Below are positions 27,260 to 38,162 of a stretch of DNA of 64,000 nt, one piece after another (within the stretch, counting starts at the first letter, position 1; every line of letters begins with the position of its first letter). The stretch comes from Vicugna vicugna. Its lineage: Eukaryota. Where the stretch lies: the NCBI GenBank assembly GCA_013265495.1, contig MU058065.1:3139003-3203002 (forward strand). The letters are read 5' to 3'. Both the position numbers and the translations under genes were made by a program. The notes under the pieces are model-generated. The model was not told the DNA's origin. It ran no database searches and worked only from the letters and a program-made list of their open reading frames with translations.

Positions 27260-27385
27260 CTCTCTCCTTGTTCGGCAGACAGCCACCTTCTCACTGTGCC
27301 TCATGTGGCCTTTTCTCTGTGAGTTCCCATTCCCTGGTGTCTCTTCCTCTTCTGTGTGTTGCATGTGTCCTAATCACCTCTTCTT

Positions 27386-27510
27386 GGTTTTGTTTTGGGT
27401 TTTTTTGGGGGGGGTAAAGTAATTAGGTTTTATTTTATTTATTTTATTTTTAGAGGAGGTACTGGAGATAGAACCCAGGATCCTGTGCATGTTAAGCATC
27501 CCTACCCCAG
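27386..27510 (-). mobile_element. Vic-1-type SINE (head partly deleted)
   Basis: Perfect TSD tcacctcttctt at 27374-27385 and 27511-27522. Confidence 0.85.
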
Positions 27511-27547
27511 TCACCTCTTCTTATAAGGACACTAGTCAGACCGGTAT

Positions 27548-27999
27548 CGTTACTGAAAAGTTGGCCTCTGCACCCCGAAAAGTGAATTCAAACTTTGAGA
27601 CAGAGTTTGAGGAACAAAGAAAAAAGCAACTTTATCGCTTTGCCTGGTAAAGGGGCATCACGGCAGGCTGTGAATCCACCTCGGGGTTGGGGTCTTGAGG
27701 TTTTATAGAAAAACTGGATGGAACAGAAAAGGTCATAATCAGGGCATTTTACAAGGTGTTACAATCTCTTCATCTTGCTAAGAACTTGCTGTTGTTACAG
27801 AGGAACTGAGGAGAGACTGCCCATGTTCTTAAGGTTCAGTCCATGACCTTCTTTCAAGACCTCTAGGGTAAGAAAGGATTAAGTTATTCTAAGAAAAGAG
27901 TGCATAGGGAGGGGCTCTTGTTAGTCATAAGATCACTTTAGCTAAAAAGTATGAGCCTGAACAACTCAACAGTCATCTTGTTGGTTTTCTACTCTGTCA
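27548..27999 (-). mobile_element. ERV1 solo LTR
   Basis: cgttact...ctgtca ends; perfect TSD gtat/gtat. Confidence 0.8.
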
Positions 28000-28056
28000 G
28001 TATAGGGCCCTCTCTAATGGCCTCACTTTCACTTATTGTCACTATAAAGGCCTTTT

Positions 28057-28642
28057 TGAAGTGGGAGTAAAGGGGGCAGGGCACAGCTATTGAAGGAATA
28101 ATGCAGCAATTGAGGACAAACTGGTTAGAACTAAGATGGTGGAAGATTTGACTGACAGGAAACCTTGAGCCTCATGGCAACCCATGGGCGCCATGAGAGT
28201 TCCTAGGCTGACCACAAAAGGTCCAAAAGTGTGTGTGGGGGGCGTTTCCTGGAAATCCCTGCCCCTTACCCAAAGTAGTTAGAATAATCCTTCTACTCAC
28301 TAGCATGTGAAATTACCAAGCCCATAAAACCTAAAAACTCTGCACCTTGTGGTCACTCCCTCTCTTGCCTTCTGAGACACCCCACACTCTGTCTATGGAG
28401 TGTGTGTCTACTTTTACTTTAAACACCCCGCACCTCTCAGCTTCTGTCCCTCTCACCCTTTTGAGATGGCCCACATTCTGTGTACAGAGTGTGTATCTCC
28501 TGAGACGTTTTCTCTTCTTAGTGAGACAGACCCCACTGTGTCTGTGGAGTGTGTATCTCTCTAAATAAACTTGCTTTCACTTGACCATGCCTTGCTCTTG
28601 AATTCTCTCCTGCGTGAGGCAAGAACCTATTCTCCCACAACA
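28057..28642 (+). mobile_element. ERV solo LTR related to family A
   Basis: Shares the 'ggggcagggcacagc', 'cactctgtctatggagtgtg' (internally triplicated) and 'ctctaaataaa' blocks with 41504-42101. Confidence 0.8.
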
Positions 28643-28939
28643 ATTTCTCCAATTACAGTCACATTTTGAGGTACTAGGTTAGGCCTTTGATGTATGAATT
28701 TGGGGGAGACACAACTCAGCCCATAATCATGGAGATTATATTTGATTTCCTCTCTCCTGGCACTGTTGAGAGGATATATATAAGGAATACGGTAAAGAGC
28801 TAAACTATACAACCATAAACATCTAAGCACTAGGAACCAAGAACATCATACTTCATAGGGGAGTACTTTTCCCCTGTGACCAGAGGCCTGTATGAGTAGT
28901 GATTTGCTCTCTGTCATGATACTTGATGTAAAGATGGAT

Positions 28940-29130
28940 TGATGTCACTTCCTCTCACAAGGACACCAGTTGTATTGGATCAGGGCCCCACCCCAATGGC
29001 TACATTTTAACATTATTGCCTCTTCAAAGACGTTATCTCCAAATATGGTTACGTTCTAGGTACTGGGGTTTGGGATTTTAAAATATGGATTTGTTGAGGA
29101 AAGGGGGTCACAATTCAGCCCATTAACAGC
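28940..29130 (-). mobile_element. MLT1 LTR fragment
   Basis: 'aaggacaccagttgtattggatcagggcccc...cacaattcagcccat'. Confidence 0.7.
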
Positions 29131-30502
29131 TTAAGGCAGGATGCTGTGACAGGGAGGACCACTTCCGATGTCACACGGGGGAGAGATGAGGCCCAAGAGG
29201 AGGCTGAGTAGAAGGGTCTGTGGCTTAGGGAACCTATGGGACCCCAGCAAGGCCTCAGGTAGGAAGAGGCTGAAGAACCCTTGGCTCTTCTCCTTGTGGG
29301 GAGTGAGTGCTGGGATGTGGTTTAAATTCCAGGCCTGGAATATGTGCCGAATGCCCTCAGCTGCCCGGAGGGGGTGTGCTTGTTGTGCTAGTTTGCATTT
29401 CTGTCTTTCTCGACTCTGGGGGTCCTGGGGTCAAGGACTGTCATCCACTCATCTTGGCGTCCCCAGGGTCTAGGGACCTGAAACAGTGAAGGAACACAGC
29501 AAAGCTTGTTAAAGAGATTAATAAGTCTCTCCTAACAGAGACAAAGAATGAATTAATACCTCGCTTTTGAACCACCTGTGACTGGGTCACGTGGTAGGTG
29601 GATGATCAGCCTGTCAGTTCTATGTTCATTTTTATCTTGGTCTCAAACTCTGGTTCCAATCCATCACCCTTACACAGTGTGTGTGCACACACACACACAC
29701 ACAGTACAGTTCTCTGGCTAGATCAAGAAAAGGTGGCACAATCTCCACAAAGGAAGTACACACCTGTTTGTCTAAAGGCAGATTCAGTCAGTTCTTCACC
29801 GGCTCATGAGCCTTTGTTTATGAGAACTGTTAATAACCATGGGTTAAACTTTTACTTGAAAAACAAAGTTCTTACTCTGCCCTTTCTTCCTACCTTCCTT
29901 AACCCTGCCTTATCTCAACACCTTTGACAGGAGGGAAAGGTGGCCCACGGGTAGTGAAAGTGGTTATCTTGTCTACTCTCAGGATCTAATGTGTGTGTAA
30001 GTCACTCATTATGTTTTTTAGGCATTACTTCCTACTTTGCTGTGTTAGCTAATAACAGAGTTCAATTTTTCAAGCCAGTGGAGTCTCTTCTGTAACCCAT
30101 ACTGGATAAAATGGTGTAGCCAAAAACAACGTCAAAGTCTTAAGGCTGGAATATAGATACAAACCCTTTTTAATTCAAATTTCTAGGATAACAGAATGAC
30201 CTAAGAGAAAATGCTGTCTAGATGAAGTGGGCAGGAGGCTGGACAGTTGTCTGATTGTATACACCTGGCCCAGTGTTTCCTCTGAAGTCTACACTCAGGA
30301 GGCTGACAGTCAGTCAACCTTTGAACCAGGTAGCTGTGATGGAGAGAAAATTAGGGGAAAGGTGCTGTTATGTCACAGTGAAGGGTAATCTTCTCAGTCC
30401 TAATGCTGAGATCTCTACAACTGTATAGCTTAGAGCTTTACAATATTCCTAACGTATGTCCACTCAACAACTGCCAAGAAACAGAAAAACAAATAATCTC
30501 CA

Positions 30503-30925
30503 TGATTAATTGGCTGAATTGAATCCCCACCTCCATTCATGTGTTGAAGTCCTAACTCCTAGTACCCAAAGAGTAAATATATTCAAGGCCTTTCATAGAG
30601 GTAATTAAATTAAAATGAAGCCATCAGCGTGGGCCCTAGTACCATCTGACTATTGTCTTTACATGAAAAAGAGATTAGGACACACAACAAAAGAGAAAGA
30701 AGTGGCCAGGAGTTGAAGCTCACAGAGAAAAGGCTGGGTGAGGACCCAGGGAGAAGGTGGCCGGCCATCGGGCAGCCAAGGAGAGAGGCTTCAGGAGAAG
30801 CCAGATCTGCCAGCATCTTGACCTTGAACTTCTAGACTCCAGAACTGTGAGAAAATAAACTTGTGTTGTTTAAGTCACCCAGTCTGTGGTGTTTTGTTAT
30901 GGCAGCCCTAACAAACTGATACATC
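30503..30925 (+). mobile_element. MaLR LTR (MLT1B-like)
   Basis: 'gccagcatcttgaccttgaacttctagactccagaactgtgagaaaataaac...ggcagccct'. Confidence 0.8.
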
Positions 30926-33172
30926 CCATTTTACAGGAAGTGATTTACCCAAGGTCCCAGCACAAATTAGACTTGAATCAAGAACCCTAGGTTTTTCTTT
31001 TTCTTTTTCTTTTTTTTTTAATCTTGTCTTCATTCTATTATTACATTCTGTCTTTCAATATGAAAAAAAATGTAGATATTTTACATAACATTTTTAAAGT
31101 AACGTCAAATGTTTTCCCTTTATTATAATAATGTATGCATGTTCATGGTAGAAAATTTAACTTTTGATTAATAAAGAAAACTTAAAAGGAGAAAATATAA
31201 ATCACCAATAATCTCATCAACCCCAGGGAACAGCCACGCTTAATGTGTTGGGGGCTACCCTTCCATGCTGGTAGGACATCCTAGTAATTCATGGACAGAA
31301 AATGGTCCCCCTCTGAATGGTCCCCAGCATTTCAGAAGGTTTTCCTAAGTATTTACAGCTCCTGTGCCCAGAAGCAAATATCCTCATACTTGTTCTTTCC
31401 TCCTTACCCACCCCCGCGCCCGATAACCTTTGTAAGGTCTCTTCTCAGTTGGCACAACTTCCCACCAACCAGCCTCCCAACTGCTGCTCCTACCAGTCTG
31501 GTAATTGGTGGGGAGAGGGGACAGCTCTCTGCTCTGTCATGTGGCTTTGCTCCAAACAGGCACTCAGACCCTTCCCCAAACCCCCTAAACACAGAGATCA
31601 GTTTACAACTTTTAACAAAAAGGGTGGAAGAAAAATACAACACAGAGAATGATGGATAATTCCTGTTCACATTCAGACCCACCTAAAAACCTTCAAAGCT
31701 GTCAGCTTTGAAGGGTTTGATGAGAAGGCAGGCATTGGGACTTTAGAAAGGGGCGAGGGGAGGAATTGGGGGTTCCAATAATATAGTAAGAGGGGGTGGG
31801 GCATAAACTGAAGTGGGAAAAAATACCACCTGTGTTTTCACTAACTTCTAACTAAATTACCTTAACCATTCAAATATGAATATGGACCGTAAACCAAAGC
31901 AGGGTTAGCAGTACCCATACCTCTGTAACTAACAGAAATCACAAATCTTTTCATAGCAAATTAAAGTTGTTGCAGATACACCAGATGTCCTTTACCCTCA
32001 CCACTCTGAAAGGACAGTCGCAATTAGACCCACTGCAAGGTCATGTGATCTAATGAATTAAAAGGTCTGTGTATTTCTTTATCACCAATTTGCTTTTTAA
32101 AGTGTATTCATAACTATATGTTAATACAGTCCATTTCTTCTGTGATCCTACACATTTTATTCTATGCATTAAAAAAAAACTTTTCTGAGATGCTGTTTTA
32201 GGCTTACTTAGACAGTAGGGTCCTGGTGCAAAAAAGGGTTAGGCCCCCACTGTAGAGTGAGTAGTAGTGAGTGCCCCTGCTCACGCTGGCAGGAATGTGG
32301 GCATTGCCTTTCAGGGCTGTTCCTAGAAGATACGGAACTGAGGCCCTGGATAGTGGGAGATGGAGGATAGTTGAGAAATAGCATCGAGTCTGAATATGCT
32401 CCTGCCGCAGCCTCCTGGCCTGGGGTTGAAGCCCCTGGTGAGAGAAGTGAGAGCCAGGAGCAGATGAAATAACTTCCAGGACAGATCTTTTGAGATCCTG
32501 AGCATGGGCTGGGATGCTTTGCATCCCAGGTGGTAGCGAGTGACACAGTTCTGGAAAGAGGGCCATTCCTCCAACATCTGTACGGCCCCAGGCAGCACAA
32601 GGACCTAGGCAGAGTCCAGGCTGGAGCAGAGGTCTGGCTCTTTCCCACACCTTCTTGGGCAGTGGGCATTGAGAAGTGAGAAGAAGGACATGGCAGACTC
32701 TCTATGGTAACTGCCACTGGGAGTGTGGCTCATGGCCTCAGGTTAAGGTGCCACTTTGGGACTCACAGAAATAACTGGATTATAAGCCGGATTCAAGTTT
32801 TTGCATGAGTGTTGATGAGATGTCACATCCATTGTTCTTTTGGCACAAGTGCAAATGGCAAGATTTGTTTCACTTGTCTCAGGTGGGGAAAGCTCGTGTC
32901 AGTACTGGGGGAATCTTTGAAAACCCACCTTTCCAAATCTGATGCATCTGGTCCCCCAAGATTTATTAATTTTTTTTTTTTTTTGAGGAAGAGAAAAGCT
33001 AAGAGTGGGTGGATGGTGAGTAGACTGGTGATAAGCATGCTTTAAGGGAGGGAATGAATGAGAGCAGGAAGAGAGGGGAAACTATATATACTTAAAGAGA
33101 TACAAGAAAATGATGCTGAGATACCCGACTAACAGTTACTTGTGGCAACAGTTAGGCCAATTAATCAAGTTA

Positions 33173-33320
33173 TTTTTGTTTTTTGGGGAGTAGAGGAAGT
33201 AATTAAGTTTGTTTGTTTGTTTATTTATTTATTTATTTTGGGGGGAGAGACTGGGGACTGAACCCAGGACCTTGTGCATGCTAAGCATGTGCTCTACCAC
33301 TTGAGCTATACCCTCCCCCA
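33173..33320 (-). mobile_element. Vic-1-type SINE
   Basis: 'gaacccaggaccttgtgcatgctaagcatgtgctctaccacttgagctatacc'; TSD about ttaatcaagtta/ttaattaaatta. Confidence 0.9.
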
Positions 33321-34276
33321 GTTAATTAAATTAAAAAAAAAGTAGCAAAAGGGACTGAGCCCTTTGGCTCAACCCCTCACTGGGGACCCCAAAGCCTTTT
33401 ATACAAAAGTGGATATAATGGCCCCGGGATAAAAAGAAAAGTTTCTGGGAGTCCTTGTAAGAATAAGACTTATGGATGAGGTCTTATTGGAGGCTAAAAT
33501 TAAAGATGTAAGACTTGATAAAATTGAGATGAAAGTTTATAAACATTGGTATATTTGAATGGACTTTATTTAAGATAGTTACAGCTCTTTTGCCTAATTA
33601 TATCGTGGAATAGACATTATGTCTCACCAGGGAATGCCTCCCCTGCCTGGTATTATAAGACAGAGAATATAAATCTGCCCCTTAAGCAATGTTAATTAAA
33701 CATAAACACACACAACAAAAATAGAGTTACCTAAGCCCACACAATATAAACTAAAAATTAGCAGCTAACATTCAGGGGCTAATAAAAACAATAATGGAGA
33801 TTTTTTTGCCCCCTCGGGTAAAAATGATCAGGGTCTAACTTGCACACTCAGAAAGAAGGCCTTTGTTGAATGCCTTGTGCAATTTGAAAACATGATAAAT
33901 TGAACCCTAAAGTTCTAGAATATGGCATGATTTTCAGTTTAGTCAGAAATCTTCTCACAGATACAAAAAGTTTTTTTGAGAAAACGTAGTTGAGCGAATC
34001 AATCTTTTGATATCATTCAGGCATCAGAACAGTTCTTTGGGGAATTAAGAGCAATTGTCTTTGTCTTGCAAATCTCTACAAATCAGAAATGTAAATACAG
34101 CTCACGACTTGAGACTGAGCCTAAGTAGCGCAATCAGGCAGAACCTGAAACCAAGAAAAAAAAAATAAAAGGTGGGGAGAAGAGGCTTTTTTAAACTAAA
34201 ACTGCTGGAAGGCTCTCTCACCCAAAATTTAACTCACAGCCTCCTTAAGTGTTTATCAATGACAAACACAAATCTT

Positions 34277-35612
34277 CTTCTTTTTTTTTTTACAATAAAT
34301 ATGTATTTATTGGATAATATCTCAATAAAGCTAGAGGCAGAAATGAACACTGTGTAAATAAGCTGTATTTTATTTGCATAAAACATTACTTTCCAATTAT
34401 TTTTATGTTTTAAATGAGTTCCTTTTTTTGTACAATAAAAGTGTCATCCACAATTAGTCATATATATATGACTAATACATATTGTTATATTAGTCAAATA
34501 GGCTGTTGAGTGTACATTATATATAGAAGCACTGCTTGAAAATTATACTTAATTTTGAAACTCTTTAGATATTATCATTAAATTCAGAAATCAGCCTGGA
34601 ATATTTAAAATATCATATCTATTATTCAGAGTTTCTTAAAGAAAGACTTAATAATAAAGAAGATGTAAAAACATAAAAGAAGAAATACAATGTCATTACA
34701 GTTAACCCTTGAACAATGAGGCAGTTAGGGGTACTGATCCTTCTCACATATAAATGATATCATATGGTATTTTCTTTCTCTTTCTGTCTTACTTCATTTA
34801 GAATGACAATCTCCTGGTCCATCTGTGTTGCTGCAAATGGCATTATTTTATCTTTTTTATGGCTGAGTAGTATTCCATTGTATAAATATGCCACAACTTC
34901 CCTATCCAGTCATCCACCAATGGAAACTTAGGTTGCTTCCATGTCTTGGCCATCGCAAACAGTGCTGCTGTAAACATTGGAGTGCATGTATCTTCCTGAA
35001 CCAAGTTTCCCTCTGGATATATGCCCAGGAGTGGGATTGCTGGAGCATATGGTAAGTCTATTTTTAGTCTTTTGAGGAATCTCCATACTGTCTTCCATAA
35101 TGGCTTCACCAAACTGCATTCCCACCAGCAGTGTAGGAGGGCTCCCTTTTCTCCACACCCTCCCCAGCATTTATCACTTGTGGACTTTTGAATGATGGCC
35201 ATTCTGACTGGTGTGAAGTGATACTTCACTGTAGTTTTGATTTGCATTTCTCTGATAATTAGCAACATGGAGCATTTTTTTCATGTCCCTATTGGCCATT
35301 TGCATGTCTTCATTGGTGAATTGCTTGTTTAGATCTTCTGCTGATTTTTGGATTGGGTTGTTTGTTTTTTTTGTTATAGTTGTATGAGCTGTTTATATAT
35401 TCTGGAAATTAAGCCCTTGTCAGTCTCATCTTTTGCAAATATTTTCTCCCATTCTGTAGGTTGTGTTTTTGTTTTGCTTATGGTTTCCTTTGCTATGCAA
35501 AAGCTTGTAAGTTTAATTAGGTTCCATTGGTCTGTTTTTGCTTTTATTTCTATTGCTTGGGTAGATTGCCCTAGAAGAACATTGCTAAAATTTATGTCAG
35601 ATAATGTTTAAG
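34277..35612 (-). mobile_element. L1 insertion: ORF2 C-terminus (34746-35612) plus about 470 bp of non-L1 sequence and polyA
   Basis: ORF 34843-35268 is the L1 ORF2 zinc-knuckle region (HCWWEC...[10 protein letters not shown]); TSD gacaaacacaaatctt (34261-34276) / gacatacacaaatctt (35613-35628). Confidence 0.9.
34699..34745 (+). mobile_element. Tigger terminal fragment inside the transduced segment
   Basis: TA + 'cagttaacccttgaacaa' Tigger TIR. Confidence 0.55.
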
Positions 35613-35740
35613 GACATACACAAATCTTAAAAGTCTTTTCCACAAAAAGTAAAGTCTTTGTCATTTGAGCAAATGAATTTAACGTATTCCCACTGTTACT
35701 TATAAACTAGTAAGTTTATATTGTAATGCCTGATTCGTGA

Positions 35741-36973
35741 CGTAAGCAGATAGGGTAGGGGGTCCCCAGGGGAAGAGAACCAGACATAGCATCCTTGACA
35801 TTGGAGAAGCCATTTTGGCCTAAGCCATTTTGTGATCTAAGCCTGGCCACAATGCTTGCTCTTGCAGAAACATAGGTCTCAGTGATGCAGGAAAACAGAT
35901 GTGGGGCATGAGGAGGGCCAAGTCCCAGGTCTCGGTTGAGCCCCTGGGACATGCCCTGCCAAGTGTGGGTCCTTGGCTTCACGCAGGAAAGAATTCAAAT
36001 GTGAGCCACCATTGAGTAAAGGTAGATTTATTTAGAGAGATACACACTGCATAGAGTGTAAGGCAAGAGAAATGAAGGGAAAGAGGTGTGGGAATTGGGT
36101 GCTCAGGTTAAAGTAAATGTAGGTACACACTCCATAGACAGAATGTGGGCCGTCTCCAAAGGGGAGAGAGCGAAAAGGGCCACTAGGCATGGTGTTGTCA
36201 CTTTTATGGGCTCAGAAGCTTCACACACCTACAGGTGGGATCAATCCAACTGCCCTGGATTCTTTGGCCTTTTGAAGTTAGCCTTGGGGCTGTCATGATG
36301 CCTGCAAGCATGTTATTTGATCAGGCTGTTACAATGGGCATATGATGAAGATTACGGTCCACTAGAAGTTAAACTTCTTAATCCTCAAGGCCAGCTAGGA
36401 GATGAATGCTCCACCATTTTGGGTGCTGTCATTCCTTGAGTAGCTGTGCCCTGCCCCCTTCCCTCCTGTCTCATTAGTAGTTGATCACTTAAAGGGAACA
36501 AAAGAAGGTAAAAACAAAAACTATTGCCAGGCCAAGGAAATTACGTAACAATATCAGAGATAATAAAGATTCCTGGTCCTGTGTCGAAGGTAAAGATTAG
36601 CCTTAAGCACATTCTTGAACTGTTTTGCAAGATCCCAAACCCCTCAAGCCACCAGACTAACTGCAACTTTAAGAAATGGTGATACTCATCTTTTACTGAC
36701 CCTCCATGACTTCAATCAACCAAAGCCTGGACTCTCAACCTTTGCTCCAATTCTGTGCTGAATTCTTCTCTTCTCAAGCCCCCCATGAATATGCATGCAC
36801 CCTTAGCTTAAAAGTTCTCCAATTTTGCTGCTCTGGGAGACACCGCTTTGGGAAATATTCCAGCTGTTTTCTTTACTTGTTGCAAATCATGAAATTCTTC
36901 TTTCTCCTGCTCTTTGACTTGCTTGCCTTTTGGCTCAACTCCTACCAAGAGAGGAACAGAGTTATGGGTAACA
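35741..36973 (+). mobile_element. ERV solo LTR (family C) inserted in the ERV internal region and hosting a family A LTR
   Basis: (c)gtaagc...ggtaaca ends; degenerate TSD gtga/ataa. Confidence 0.7.
35883..36473 (-). mobile_element. Family A solo LTR, copy 2
   Basis: tgatgcagg...tgtctca; TSD tcag/ttag. Confidence 0.9.
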
Positions 36974-37525
36974 ATAACTGAGTTTTAAAGTGAAGCCATG
37001 AGCTCTCCAGTTACACAGTTTATATCTGTGTGCACTTTGTACAGATGATATGTCTCTACCTTCACATAGTATTATCAAAATCAAATTTATAGAAGAACTC
37101 TATTTAATTGATTCAGAAGTAGGTACTTACAAATTAAATATTTCTAAAAGTAATAGAAACCAACCCAAATGAATCTCAAGTTCATGTGATCTGGGAAACA
37201 GCCAATATTAAATTAATATTTGGAATTAAAATTTAAGTTTGTTGGTTTGATTAATACAGGCATGACCTACTTTTATTGCACCTAGGTTAACTAAAAGTCA
37301 AGGTCATATTATCTCTATATAAAAATATACATAAATAATATGTAATATATAAAAATAGAAAATTCATCAACAAGAAAGCTAGCCTGGCATGATGGTTGAC
37401 TTAGTCTAAATGTCTCATGATGAAGCTTTCATGGGTAGTCTAAACATAACTGTAATTCAATAGATATAAATGGGTAAGAGCTTTCAGGTGAATTCTTTAA
37501 GAATAATTATGTTTTATGGTATATC

Positions 37526-38162
37526 TGATGCAGGAAAACAGATGTGGGGCGTGAGGAGGGCCGTGTCCCAGGTCTTGGTTGAGCCCCTGGGACGTGACTT
37601 GCCAAGTGTGGATCCTTGGCTTCATACAGGAAAGAATTCAAGTGCAAGCCACCACTGAGTAAAGATAGATTTATTTAGAGAGAGACACACTGCATAGAGT
37701 ACAAGGCAAGAGAAAGGCAAGGAAAGAGGTGTGGGAATTAGGTGCTCAGGTTAAAGTAAAAGTAGGTGCACATTCCACAGACAGAGTGCAGACTGTCTCC
37801 AAAGGGGAGAGAGTGAAAAGGGCCACTAGGTGTGGTGTTGCCATGTTTTATGGTCTCAGTAGCTTCACACACCTACAGGTGGGATCAATCCAACCGCCCT
37901 GGGAAAGGGGCTGGGATTCCCAGGGACTGGGCCACTGTCCATTCTTTGGCCTTTTGTGGTTAGCCTTGGGGCTGTCATGGCACCTGTAGGCGTATTATTC
38001 GATCATGCTGTTACAGTGAGCATATAATGAAGATCAAGGTCTACTAGAAGTTAAACCTCTTAATCCTCAACACCAACTAAGAAGTGAATCTTCCACCATT
38101 TTGGAGTTAAATTGCTGTCATTCCTTGATTGGCTGCACCCTGTGCCCTTCCATCTTGTCTCA
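37526..38162 (-). mobile_element. Family A solo LTR, copy 3
   Basis: tgatgcagg...tgtctca; TSD tatc/catc. Confidence 0.9.

Larger units (their letters stand above)
27260..28726 (-). mobile_element. MLT1A-like MaLR LTR fragmented by nested insertions
   Basis: MLT1 pieces at 27260-27385, 27511-27547, 28000-28056 and 28643-28726 are collinear. Confidence 0.7.

Noticed and set aside
34843..35268. 141-aa ORF with a CCHC-like motif (also ORFs at 9625-10369)
   Set aside because: These are truncated L1 ORF2 remnants or their antisense frames, not host genes.
35883..38162. Co-oriented family A LTRs as the two ends of one provirus
   Set aside because: Each has its own TSD, and the DNA between them belongs to older host elements in the opposite orientation.
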